NCBI RefSeq assembly: GCF_001194135.2
Contig: NC_068999.1
Coordinates: 23,194,483-23,229,800, forward strand
Source: Octopus bimaculoides
Lineage: Eukaryota
DNA length: 35,318 nucleotides
Direction of reading: 5' to 3'
This document shows positions 11,483 to 23,425 of the stretch, piece after piece (position 1 is the first letter of the stretch; each line of letters opens with the position of its first letter). The notes beneath the pieces are model-generated. The model ran no database searches. It was not told the origin of the DNA and saw only the letters and a list, made by a program, of their open reading frames with translations. Position numbers and translations under genes: made by a program.

Positions 11483-12479
11483 TCAGGCATCTTAAGTTTC
11501 AAACCAAGACAGATTATAAATGAAATCATCTGTAGTCTTTTAAGCTGGTATGGGCTAATTTGGCATGACATCTGCATGCTTGTTATCATTTTTTTATTGC
11601 ATCATTCCATCTGCAACATTACTCTTAATTTTAAAATTTAACTATGCCTTGTAAGTTTGTCCTATCAAGCACACACACAAAGAAAAAAAAAATAATAAAA
11701 CCTTCTGCTGTTCTGCCTTCACATGTTTTACTCTCACATAACTACATTAACAAATAAAATAATAACAGAAACCTAAATAAAGCAGGAAATCTTTTTTATT
11801 GCCTATTTTAAATTCCTCCTGCAAAGGTCCACTATGAAATAAAAAGATTATCCCTCTTAAAGTAAATCTTTAATAATTGTGTTATGCAATAATAACATTT
11901 CATGAATAACCTTTGATTTATTGATCAATAAAAACTCTGTTTTTCTAATGTGGTTTTATTAAAAAGAAAAAGAAAATATTTTGTATGATATGACTACAAA
12001 TTCTTCTAGTGTTGTTTTTGGACTCATTGCCAAATAAATACAACGAGCTCATTAAGTAAATATCAATAATTCTTAACCATCATCTTTCATGCAGTTTACA
12101 GTTTAAAGTTAGTTGCTCTGATTGATGAACTTATGCACACTTTGATATATATCTAATAGACTGGATATGTTTTTACATTGTTTTTTGATGATCTGACATT
12201 TTACAGAGGTCTCTCATAGATGTTTGATTTCAATAATAAAAGTGTTCTCAACTAGAGACAATCTTTTGTGGATTTCAGCTCTTAGTTTTTGTAACATGCA
12301 ATTTTTGTCAATTAATGTTTTGCTATATTTATAATTAATTCTGTTAGTACACCTATAGCTATATCTTTGCATACCTCTTCCCAATTCTATTTATGGATCA
12401 CTATTTCTATTGTAATATTAATCAATCCTGAATGATAAATCTATGATTTCAGGTATGAACATCTCATCTTTTAAGGAAT

Positions 12480-12830
12480 ATGTCTAGGATGTGTATGAGA
12501 CGTTTTGGCCTAGCTGTTTTGGCATCACTGATTCAATGCTCACTTATCTGACAGCAAACTTTTTGATTTCTCTCTCTCTCTCTCTCTCTGTTTGCCTCCA
12601 GTGCCAAAATGTACTGTTGCTGAAACAGGCTGAATGTCTAATCAACTGTGTTAAATTCTTCAGCATCTAAACAGCTGTGTCCATTCGTTTCATTCCAATC
12701 GAGAACTACTTATTTTTAACGATAGTAAGGTGTGATGTGAGAAATATGTGGCTGCTATTTTAAGCAGATTGAGTAACTGCATAGACATGCACTCATTGAA
12801 CTGATGTCTCACATAATATTTTGAGCCGCT
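12480..12830 (+). repeat. Unclassified interspersed repeat family D with internal (TC)n
   Basis: CATCACTGATTCAATGCTCA...(TC)n...GTTTGCCTCCAGTG...CATTCCAATC shared with 14420-14810. Confidence 0.7.
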
Positions 12831-13132
12831 AATACATCAAGTAATATTTTAGATTAACATTATAGAGTAGAGGTGAGTTCTTGATGATGTAAATTTATAA
12901 CTTGATCTCAGTACCCATTTGTAGCCATTTCATCTCAGTTATATTGCTAAATCTCCATCTTGCATTGCAGCAATATTGCACCTGTATTCTTTAAACAGCT
13001 TAGGTGTTTATTGCCAGTATAAATAGAATAAAAAAAAATTTTAACAAAACACTCCAATGTACCACCATTGCAGATGTGTCATCAATGATAAATTGTAAAA
13101 TCAAATATACCACTAAGGAAAATATAAATCAC

Positions 13133-13165
<33 letters not shown>

Positions 13166-13189
13166 TAATATTCATTATTATTGTTATTG

Positions 13190-13445
13190 TGCCAAGCTGG
13201 CAGAATCGTTAGCATATTGGATGAAATGCTTAGCGGTTTTGCCCATTGCTGCATTCTGAGTTCAAATTCTGCTGAGGTCAACTTTGCCTTTCATCCTTTT
13301 GGGGTCATTCATAGTAGAAAGGATTATTATTATTTTTGTCGCTTTTGTTATAAAGCTGTGAGCTGTCAAAATCATTAACATGCCAGACAAAGTGCTTAGC
13401 AGCAGTTCGTGCCTATTGTAGAAAGGATTGTTATTAGTTGGCAAA
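13190..13445 (+). mobile_element. SINE family B copy plus adjacent partial copy
   Basis: AGCTGGCAGAATCGTTAGC...TTCTGAGTTCAAATTCTGCTGAGGTCAACTTTGCCTTTCATCC; second partial head at ~13358. Confidence 0.8.
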
Positions 13446-13744
13446 ATTTACCACAAACAAAAATGAGATTAAATGAATGTATGAGTTGTGCATTCTCCTT
13501 TCTGAAATTTTACTAAACTGGGTAGTCTTATAGAAGCAGTTCATCAGATTGATTAATGCTTCAATGTTTCCTACTTTTCAATAAAAATCATGCCAATGTT
13601 GTAGCAACCCTAGTCTGATTCTTCCGAAAATGATCACTCATGTTACTGCAGAGATTCTTGTCATCTTCATTTGGTTGAACTTAGGATGTGCTTTTTTGGA
13701 AAGATGTTAAAGTTTGCAGATTTATCTAACCTCAGTATTTTATA

Positions 13745-14280
13745 GTTAGGCTCAGGTGTAACTGTGTAGTTAAGAAGCGTGCTTCCCAATCATGTGTGGC
13801 ACCTTGGGCATGTGTCTTCTTTGGACCAACCAAAGTCTTGTTAGTTAATCTGGTAAACAGGAGCAGAAAGAAGCCCATCATGTGTGTGTGTGTACTCTTG
13901 TTTATTATGTTAGAATTGTAAATGAGCATCATCATCATACAAGCAAGGTTTGTTTCTAAACATTTTCATGCAAAAAGTCTGGCCATGGGAAAATATTACT
14001 TTGCTTGAAGGTAGTAAGCTGGCAGAATTGTTAGCACGCCAAGCAAAGTGCTTAGTTGCATTTCATCTGTTTTTATGTTTGGAGTTAAAATTCCACTTTA
14101 TCATTCATCTTTTTGGGGTTGATAAAGTAAGTACCAGTTAAGCGCTGGGATTGATGTAATCGACTGACACTCTCTCCTAAACATGCTGGCATTGTGCCAT
14201 ATAAAATTTGCTTCAATATTCTTTGTTCAAACCATGCAGAGCATGGAAAAGTGGATGTTAAATGGTGATGGTAATGATGT
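13745..14280 (+). mobile_element. SINE family C interrupted by a nested family B copy (~14008-14215)
   Basis: Family C sequence runs to ATATTACTTTGCTTGAAG, family B head GTAAGCTGGCAGAATTG follows, and the C tail (CCATGCAGAGCATGGAAAAGTGGATGTTAAATG) resumes at ~14230. Confidence 0.75.
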
Positions 14281-14419
14281 GTCCACTTGACAGTAAAGCT
14301 GTACAGCTAATGATTCTTGGAAGCTTTTAACAGCGTTCACTTTGTGGTGAAATGATCTGTCCAAATGCTCCCTATTTCTTCATACTCATACTTTCTTGCT
14401 TATGTTCAAGCTGAGCATC

Positions 14420-14810
14420 AACCCCATCCATATCACCTGGATATGAGATGTTCTGACACATCTGATTCAGCCCTGTCTTTTTGCCATCACTGATCCAATG
14501 CTCATTTAACATCAGATGTTTCAATGTGTCTCTTTTTCTCTCCCCATTTCTCTTTATGTATCTACGGAAAGGGAAAGCATATGTCAATCGTGTTCAGTTA
14601 ATTAATCGTAATCTCTCTCTCTCTCTTTCATCTCTCCCTCTCTCTCTCTCTGTAGATTTCTGTATATATGTATATGTGTGTGTGTGTTTGCCTCCAGTGA
14701 CAAAGTGTACTGTCACCAAACAGGTTGAACATCCAGTCAGCAGTGTCCAGTTGCTAGCATCCAAACAGTTGCACCCAATTATCTCATTCCAATCTAGCAA
14801 GTTACTAAAC
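14420..14810 (+). repeat. Unclassified interspersed repeat family D, second copy
   Basis: Paralogous to 12480-12830, with expanded internal (TC)n/(TG)n. Confidence 0.7.
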
Positions 14811-15293
14811 ATGACCCCCTCCCCACCTTATCTGATTGCATTATTAGAAAACATTTATATTATTTTGCACTGTTGCTATGGTGAGTATCATTTGCCATCA
14901 GAAAATTTATTTACTACTTTTCCTCTGCCTCTTCTTCCTTATCATTCTCTACTCTTATTGACAACATTGCCAGCTAAGTCCATTTTATCCAATCTTGCAT
15001 GGCTTAGATAAATTGTTACAGAGCAATCTGTTTGTGTTAATAGCTTGCCATAGTTTCATTGATGAAAAGAAATTTGCCTGTTCCTCTTACTTTGTTTATA
15101 TTTTGCTTTATATGATAGTTACAGAGTCTTGCATAAACTTACATTCATAAAATATCTGAAGTATGATTGTTGTTAAAACTGATTAATTAGATTTGTATTT
15201 TATTTGTTCTGACATAATTTAGTAGTGACACAAGTTTTGCTCAAGTTTTTCATTGATCTTTCTCCACCATCTCTCTCTCTCTCTCTCAATATG

Positions 15294-15334
<41 letters not shown>

Positions 15335-15564
15335 NNNNNNNNNNNNNNNNNNNNNNNNNNNNNNNNNNNNNNNNNNNNNNNNNNNNNNNNNNNNNNNNNN
15401 NNNNNNNNNNNNNNNNNNNNNNNNNNNNNNNNNNNNNNNNNNNNNNNNNNNNNNNNNNNNNNNNNNNNNNNNNNNNNNNNNNNNNNNNNNNNNNNNNNNN
15501 NNNNNNNNNNNNNNNNNNNNNNNNNNNNNNNNNNNNNNNNNNNNNNNNNNNNNNNNNNNNNNNN
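15335..15564. other. Assembly gap (N run) flanked by (TA)n
   Basis: Run of N between TA dinucleotide repeats. Confidence 1.
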
Positions 15565-15814
15565 TATATATATATATATATATATGAGAAGGTCATTGTA
15601 CTTTACTTGAAGCATTGTGATACTGATGTAAAATAACAAATAATGATGACAGAGAGCTTCTTGCAATGCAAATTGGGAAAGTTAAGTAACTTTTATATAT
15701 TTCAGGTGCAAAGGCCTGATGAACCTTTACATCTGAAATATATAAAGGTTACATAACTTTCACTTTTTGCATAGTAAGAGGCTCTCTGTCTTCATTATTT
15801 ATTATTTTACTTAT

Positions 15815-16100
15815 ATAGGTGCAAGCATAACAGAGGTTAAAAAGTTTGTTTTGCAACCATATGGTTTTGGGTTCAGTTCCACTATGTGGCACCTTGGGCA
15901 AGTGTTGTCTATCATAGCCCAAGGCTGACCAATGCCTTATGAATGAATTTGGTTGATGGAAACTGTATGAAAGCCTGTCATATATGTGTGTGTGTGTCTT
16001 TGTGTTTGTCCCCCACTTCTCTGCTTGACCACTGGTATTGATTTATTTAGGTCTCAATAACTTAGTGCTTCAGCAAAAGCGACCAATATAATAAGCACCA
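15815..16100 (+). mobile_element. SINE family A, 3'-incomplete
   Basis: GGGTTCAGTTCCACTATGTGGCACCTTGGGCAAGTG...GGAAACTGTATGAAAGCC...CTTGACCACTGG. Confidence 0.8.
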
Positions 16101-16165
16101 GTCTGAACTCATGACTGCAAGGCAAGTGTCTTAACCACTCAGCCATATAGGACCTATAGGATGAT

Positions 16166-16273
16166 GCTCACAGAATGTAGGTTTTCCAAGTGGTCACCCA
16201 TCTAAGTACTAACTCAGTTTAACATTACTTAACTTTGGTGATTGGATGAGAACTGGTGCATTCAACATGATAT
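16166..16273 (-). pseudogene. Decayed 5S rRNA-derived sequence (pseudogene or SINE3 head)
   Basis: Reverse complement ATATCATGTTGAATGCACCAGTTCTCATCCAATCACCAAAGTTAAGTAATGTTAAACTGAGTTAGTACTTAGATGGGTGACCACTTGG aligns colinearly with invertebrate 5S rRNA as recalled; many differences are CpG to TpG/CpA; first ~10 nt missing. Confidence 0.88.
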
Positions 16274-16688
16274 CTTTTATATTTTACTGGTTTCAGTCAT
16301 TAGACTGCGACCATGCCGGAGCACTGCCTTGAAGAATTTTAAGTCAAATGAATCGATCCCAGTACTTACCCTTTTTTTAAGCCTGGTACTTATTCTCTTG
16401 GTCACTTTTGTCAAACCAGTAAGTTACTGGCACATAAACACAACGCCAGTTGTCAAGTGGTGATAGGGTACATCCTCAGACACAAAGACACACACACACA
16501 CACACACATATATATGTATATATGACAGGCTTCTTTCAGTTTCTATCTATCAAATCCAATCATGAGGCTTTGGTCAGCCTGAGACTACATTAGAAGACAT
16601 TTGTCCAAGGTGCCATGCAGTGGGACTGAACCCGGAACCATGTGGTTGGGAAGCAAACTTCCTACCACACAGCAAAGCCTGCACCTAT
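16272..16688 (-). mobile_element. SINE family A, full length
   Basis: Reverse complement has head GGTGCAGGCTTTGCTGTGTGGTAGGAAG, B-box GGGTTCAGTCCC, core GGCACCTTGGACAAATG, central (TG/TA)n and tail CCAGTAAAATATAAAAGA. Confidence 0.9.
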
Positions 16689-16725
16689 ATGGCTGGGGAA
16701 TTTTAAATCTTAAATTTCACTATTT

Positions 16726-16770
<45 letters not shown>

Positions 16771-16894
16771 CATTTTTCAAATTCTTCATGAATAATAGTT
16801 GAAACAGAAAGATACTTCATAGTATTAAGGTAGGTTATTGTGCTTAGGTGTTGCTGATTGTCTCTTATTTGTTAGTCTGAGGAGATGTTTAGCC

Positions 16895-17290
16895 TAAACT
16901 ACTTTGCAACCTTGTGGTTTTGGATTCAGTCCCATTGTGTGGTACCTTGAGCAAGTGTCTTCTACTGTAGCCCCTAGTCAACCAATATTTTGTGAGTGAA
17001 TTTGGTTGATGGAAACTGTGTGGAAGCCTGTTGTTTATATATGCATGTGTGGTGTGTGTAGTGTGTGTGTGTTTTAATGTCTGTATTTGTCCGCCCACTT
17101 TCACTTGACACTTAGAGTTGGTTTGTTTATGTCCCTGTAACTAACACTTTAGCAAAAGAACTGATAGAATAACTACAAGATCTAAAAAAAAAAACAAGTA
17201 CTGGGGGCAATCTGTTCAACTTAAACCCTTCAAGGTAGTGCTCCAGCATGGCCACAGTTTAATGACTGAAACAAGTAAAAGATAAAAGAG
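16895..17290 (+). mobile_element. SINE family A, near full length
   Basis: GGATTCAGTCCCATTGTGTGGTACCTTGAGCAAGTG ... CCAGCATGGCCACAG ... ACAAGTAAAAGATAAAAG. Confidence 0.88.
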
Positions 17291-17314
17291 AAATCTCCTG
17301 GATATTTGTTACAG

Positions 17315-17374
17315 CTGGGTAGTATGAGTGCAAATATGGATCAGTTTCAACTGTTGATAGGTAGTGGCAGAGAG
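17315..17374 (+). CDS. Candidate 60-nt exon, unknown protein
   Basis: tttgttacag|CTG...GAG|gtaaaa, phase 0-0, LGSMSANMDQFQLLIGSGRE. No homology recognised. Confidence 0.15.
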
Positions 17375-17569
17375 GTAAAATTTAAAGGAAAAATGAGTTC
17401 CTTAGGACTGGTGCAATCAGTCTATCAACTATTACTGTATGGCAATTCTAGTATTTAGAATGCAGATGAGCCTGTGTGGGGTATTATAGCATCATGGTTA
17501 AGAAATTAGGGAGTGAAAATTGAAACGATTAAAGTTAGGTGGTATACATTTGTAATCATATAATATGCT

Positions 17570-17760
17570 TTCATCTTTTACTTCTTTTAGTCATTGGATT
17601 GTGGCCATGCTGAGGCACCACCTCAAATTGTTTAGTCAAACAAATTGCCCCCTAGTGCTTTTAAAAAAAATTTTTATAAAGTCTGCTGCTTATTTTATCA
17701 ATTTCTTTATGTCGAAACTCTAAGTTAAGGGATGTAAACAAACCAACACCAGTTATCTCT
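17570..17760 (-). mobile_element. SINE family A 3' part
   Basis: CTTTTAGTCATTGGATTGTGGCCATGCTGAGGCACCACC is the reverse complement of the family A tail. Confidence 0.7.
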
Positions 17761-18164
17761 GATTCATAAATCCTATCTCTCTTTATTGAACTTAAATTTT
17801 AGTTCCCATTATTGCATTTACTCGCATAATGCAATATAATCATGCAAACATTTGTGTGATTTCTGCTTTAATAAAACCAAATTATTCTAATGCTTTACAA
17901 AACTGCCACTAAATTAATAGTTATTTGACACCCTTCCCTTCATTTATTAACCACATAAAATTAATTGTTTCATTTGAGTCACTTCTTAGCTCCAAATTAT
18001 GCTATATTAAGCAGCAGCAAGTGAAATTTCCAGCTTGCTATTTAACCTCCATTTCAATGAATTGAAGAGTAAAGATTTGTCTAGGTCAATGAAATGAAAT
18101 AATCCACAAGTGAACCAACAGTCCAATATCTTATGCCCTTGGTTTATTCATTTTTTGTATGTGA

Positions 18165-18430
18165 TTAAGAAGCTCACTTTGCAATCATGTGGTTTCAGTT
18201 TCAGTTCCACTGTGCAGCACCTTGGATAAATGTTTTCTGCTTTAGCTCCAGGCTGATCATTGCCTTGGGAGTAAATTTGGTAGATGGAAACTGTGTCAAA
18301 GCCTGCCACATATATGTGTGTACATGTGTGAATTAATGTTGAAGCTCATTTTATGTGTGTGTCTTTGTATTGGTTCTACCACTGCTTGACCACTGGTGTT
18401 GGTTTGTTTACACCCCTGTAACTGGTATTT
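18165..18430 (+). mobile_element. SINE family A, partial
   Basis: GTTTCAGTTCCACTGTGCAGCACCTTGGATAAATG...AAATTTGGTAGATGGAAACTG...CTGCTTGACCACTGGTGTTGG. Confidence 0.75.
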
Positions 18431-19526
18431 CATTTAGTCTTAACAGTTTTTTTCCTTGTGCATCTTTATAAGCAGACTCCTTTCTTTCCAGATATGTTTA
18501 CTCTCTCATGACTTTCCTAAGAAAATTCATAATAGTTCAATAATGTTTGTTTTTTTCCCCTTTATTGTTGTGAGCTGCTGGTAATTCTATAAACAAGGAA
18601 GCCTCTATGCAGTTACTTTATCTGCTAGAAATAGACACTTTCTCTGAGACTATACTCTACATTCACAAAGCAGAAAGGATACTCTGGATAGTGTAACCTT
18701 TGTAGCTGGTCAAAGTTAGACTGCTTTTGCTCATAGATCTGCTTCATTAGGGTTGACCTTGCCCTATACAACAATAACCATTGACTTATAGTAATAGAAT
18801 ATTTATCACTCATACAGAATAATGAGTTTGAGTAAATCCATTCTGTCCATAACTGTATGGTCCAGAATTTTCTACTCTACATTATTAATATGATTCAAAA
18901 AAGACAATAGCAACATGCTTTGCATGAACTTACTTACAAATATTCAAAAGTCTTGGCTAAGAACTCAGTACAATTTCACCTTACTACAACTAATATTTGT
19001 CTATCAATCTATCCATTTTTCCATCCAACCAACCAACCTACTTCCCACACACAAACATATATGGTTGCAAAACATATTACATATGTATGAAGTTTTGTCT
19101 GTATACATACTTATACAGTACATACACAAATCAAATTAATCTATAATAATTTTATTTTGTATTTGATTAAAAATTAAATATAGAAACAACCCAGAGTAAC
19201 TTAGTTTTTTGGGATACTTTGGTCCACTACTTTGCCCGTCAATAAAACTTTATCTTTTCATAATTTTTTGTATCATTATCATAACAAATTAGTAATTTTT
19301 ACCTTTGCAAATCATCTACTTGTACACTTCAATCAATCTTCCAATATTCCTGACTTACTCTTTCCTACAATTATGTTAAAAAGAAAATAAATTAAACACT
19401 AATCATGTCTTTGCATTGTTATTTCATTACTCCATTAATTTGTATTCCATACTGAGCAACATCGCTGCTTTGTGATTTACTCTTGAATCATTTTACTGAA
19501 ATAGGAATATTTCAGTATATAATATA

Positions 19527-20480
19527 TGAAGGTTGGCTGAAAAGTTCATAGGCTGACCAAAATACTCTCATGGAATGAGAGCATCTTGGTCAATAAAGTT
19601 TACTTTATAACATAGTCCCCCTTGTGATCCACATACTTCTTCCATCGGTGTTGCAGTGCTTGGATCCCCTTGGTGAAGAAGTTTTCATCCTGTTGGTCAA
19701 AAGGTCATCAACCACATATAACATCATTGTCACTGCAATACTGGTTCCCAGCCAAGTGTTTTCCCTGTTGGGGAACAGATGATAGTCAGATGGGGCCAAT
19801 TGAAGAGAAGTGTGATCAACTAGTCAAAAGCCACAGTCACACACAGTAGCTAATGAAAGCAAGGACTTGTATGCTGGAGTATTGTCCTGATGAAACAAGA
19901 TCTCTTTCATCAGTTTTTTAGGGTGTTTTGTGTTGATAGTTTTTCATAACTGCCTCAGAAATTTGACATAGTACTCTCCATTGATGGTGTGGCTCTTTTG
20001 AAGTTAGTCAATAAACATAATGCCTTTTGCATCCCTAAAAAGCTGAGGCAATCACCTTTCCTGCAGATGAAATGAGCAGGTGAGGAGGGGTGTTTCTACT
20101 GCATGGATTGTCTCTTCATCTCGGGCTCAAAGTAATGAAGCCAACACTCATCCTGAGTTAAGAAGTGTTCAAGGAAACCAGCTGTGTCTGCCTCAGACAA
20201 TGTCAGATTTTTCTGTGATGTGATCAGCATGCTGCACTTTTCATCAGGTGTCAGAAGGTATGGCATTCACTGAGCAGAAACCATTATCATACTAAGTTCT
20301 TTGTACAAAATATTCTCAACTCTCTCACAGGATATGCTAATGGCATTGACTATTTGATTTATAGTCAATCACTTGTCATCCATCACCATGTGGTGAACAC
20401 GATCAATGTTTTCTTCAGTGGTGGTAGGTGCAGGACATCCAGACCTTGAGTCATCTTCAAATGCTATAAAATTAACAATG
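19527..20480 (-). mobile_element. Mariner (DD34D-type) transposon relic, 5' end missing
   Basis: Minus-strand translation gives FEDDSRSGCP, VSAQ*MPYLLT (WVPxxLT), TQDECWLHYFEPEMKRQSMQ*KHPSSP, LFHQDNTPA, APSDYHLF. One TIR TGAAGGTTGGCTGAAAAGT after TA at 19525-19526. Multiple stops. Confidence 0.95.
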
Positions 20481-20550
20481 GAAATAAACTAACAACAGAA
20501 ATATTATACAAATGTAAACAAGGATAAGTACACATCTGAATTTTCTTGTC

Positions 20551-20932
20551 CTTGTCCTGTACTGACCAAAGTCTTGTGAGCGGATATGAAAGACGGAAGC
20601 TGAAAGGAATTGTGTTTGTGTGTATATGTGTGTGTGCATGTGTATGCCCATGTCTTGATATCACATAATGGTAGACAGAAACTGAAAGAAGCCCATTGAA
20701 TGTGTATGTGTGTGTGTTTGTGTCTGTTCCCCCCCCCCCTCACTGCTTGACACTTAGTGCTGGTGCTTTTATGTCTCTGTACCTTAGTGGTTTGGCAAAA
20801 GAGACCAATAGAATAAGTACTAGGCTTAAAATGTAAGTCCTGGGGTTGATTTATTTGACTAAAACCCTTCGAAGTGGTGCTCCAGCATGGCCATAGTCAA
20901 ATGACAGAAACAAGTAAAAAAATAAAAGAATA
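20551..20932 (+). mobile_element. SINE family A, 5'-truncated with duplicated core end
   Basis: GACGGAAGCTGAAAGGAA (~20593) and GACAGAAACTGAAAGAAGCCC (~20674) both present, followed by a normal tail ending ~20932. Confidence 0.8.
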
Positions 20933-22464
20933 TGTATAAAATCGCACAGACTTATACATTAACAAATATGCAGTCTTATTTTGGTAGTCAAACTGAATGA
21001 TTAATGATACATGCAAACATAGCCACAGTAGCTATGTTTTGGAAACCACATCAGGCTAAAAAAAAAAAACCAGACATGCATATACTCTTTCTAGTGTTGG
21101 TTTCTTTTTACTCAATAACATGAACCAGTGATGGGATTTCTATATCATCTTTCACCATTCTCTAAATAGCAGCCATATTTCTGGATTTACTGTGTTCTGG
21201 GGGAAAAAGAACCCATTGGATGATATAGTTTTTGGTGCACTGGGCTTTGTGGTTTAGAAAGAGATTGGATGATTGCAGATGAAATGTCTTCTAGTGTAAG
21301 TGTATTTTATATTACTGGCCTGGTGCCAAACAACAACTAAAACAAGCATAAACAATGAAGGGGCTTGTATGTGGCCAGATTCCTATCAAACCACTTACCA
21401 TTGCATCTAATAAATAAATGAAATTAAAAATGGACACAATGTATTTCATGATATACAAACAGACTGGGTGGTCACAACTACAACACCTTTCATCATACAT
21501 CCATTCTATTAGGGCTAATTTGGAACTAAACAACCACCATAGGATCCTCTATATGGTTAATCTACCAGAAATAGCTGTCAAAGCTCTTCCAAAATGTAAG
21601 TTACATTAGAGAATGTAGAGAATATGCAAAAATATTGAAGGTCACAGTTGGAGAACTTTCATTACAAGGCTTGCTCAATCAGGGGTGATCTAAGGATAAA
21701 CAACATTGTTTTGGGTAAAGTAGTTGCTACATCAGTAATTCCTAATCCTCTGTCATTTCACAATGGAGCTTGATATATTTTGTCTTTTACTCTCTGTATG
21801 CACTAAATAATCACTACAAAAAAAAAAAAACTGCCAAAACACTATCTTTAAGATAGCATGTTAGTGAATATTAGAATTATTTCGTTATATTCTATGCCTT
21901 ATGATCAGCGTAAGTCTCATATTTATGTTAAGCTTATTTGAATGTTATAATATTTTCCCATTTTACTTTGTTTTATAAAACTAGTAAGTCTATCGTAAAT
22001 TTCCATTGTTTTATAACTTGATTATCATTTTTTCCCCCCTTTAATTCTTTTATAAATTGTCCTTAAGCTGTTGAAGATATTCATTAAAAAGTTTTCAAGT
22101 ACCCCAAAGTAGGTTGAAATATTTAAATATGAGGCTTTTTTAGCTAAATTGAGTTATAAGTCAATTTAAAGTTTTATATCAGATAAATGAAAGAATATTG
22201 CTGAAATTTTGTGAGAATGTTGGTTGTAAATAATGTCCTTTTTGAAAGAAAATTTGATTTAAGTGGGTCACTTGTTTGAACATAAACAGTATTGGGTTGC
22301 GTAAATCTTTGCTCATCTCATAGGACTTTTCAGTTGCTGTACTGAATACTCTGTTTCATAAGCATCATGCTATTTTCCATGTCATAAATTCCAAATGGAT
22401 TATAGATTAATAATTTATGCTTATACTGTCACATTGTGGCATTTGATGTTTCCTGAATGTTAAT

Positions 22465-22644
22465 TTAACCCTTTAGCATTCAGATTACTCTGTCAATGTG
22501 ATACTTATTTATTCACATTGTTTTGAATTAATCATGCATTATCTTGTAGCTCTGAGATTTTGATGATGGGATCTGGTTGATTTGAACGTAAAACAGGTAG
22601 AATATTTGGGTCATTTATGGCCACTTTAAATGCTAAAGGGTTAA
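22465..22644 (+). mobile_element. piggyBac-type MITE (TTAA-flanked)
   Basis: Perfect TTAA-CCCTTTAGCATT ... AATGCTAAAGGG-TTAA termini. Confidence 0.88.
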
Positions 22645-23425
22645 AAATACATTCACTTTTTTGTCAGGTGATTATTTTTCTGCAGTCTCTTCTAGTTCTT
22701 ATCTCTTTTGAATCCTTACTGGATATATTTTCACTTCTTTGTAGATGTTGATACTGGATCATTGAACTCAATCTGATCTTTGTTCACTTCCTCCTATTAC
22801 TGATTACTACTTTGCTTCATCGCTTGGCTCTTTCTTTTCACTGCTCAAGATGTCTCTTGTAAATTAACTGCCATTGTAGCATTAACATTTTCATTGATTG
22901 ACACAATATGATTCTTACAATTCCACCCACTTTATCCTGTATGTTTCCTTCTTCCTACCCATGCCATGCAGTCATGAAAGTATCTGTTGTACAACACTTC
23001 ATGATTGTCATAATGAATAGAAAGTATTTCTGTCTGACATGCTTTTCTCTTCCTTACTCATTAATGCTGTTAACAGTTGAAAAAGTAAATGAGCCAGGTA
23101 ACCTAAATGAATTAATTTATGTTGAACAATAATAAATTTGTTAATTTAGAAAACAAGCTATTGTTTCATGCTATTATACTCATGTCAAATGATCCATATG
23201 ACACCAGCTGCTTCCTTTGTTGGCTCTTTGACAACTGAATATTTTTTGTGCATTCTTGTTCTTGAGATTTAGCTGCTTCATTTCAGAATAGAATGATAAA
23301 GTAATGCTTACTGGATATTATTTATTAAAAGACTAGGTGTCTAAAATTAAATGCTGCTTTGACTTAAGCTGGCTTAAAACTTGTTAAAATATCTTCACAT
23401 GAATATACCAAATATATATATATAT

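Noticed and set aside
14481-15011. 176-aa ORF
   Set aside because: Runs through repeat family D and TC/TG microsatellites; no protein motifs.
15219-15666. Long ORFs across the first N gap
   Set aside because: Artefacts of translating N and (TA)n.
15706-15747. VQRPDEPLHLKYIK cassette
   Set aside because: Donor gttaca is poor, and the alternative donor is reached only through a stop.
18625-18813. Protein-like minus-strand ORF (ARSTLMKQIYEQKQSNFDQLQR...)
   Set aside because: No convincing donor, its end overlaps a family D fragment, and no homology was recognised.
21399-21406. 8-nt minus-strand microexon-like pattern (tag|ATGCAATG|gtaagt)
   Set aside because: Not frame-preserving; shows that such patterns can arise by chance here.
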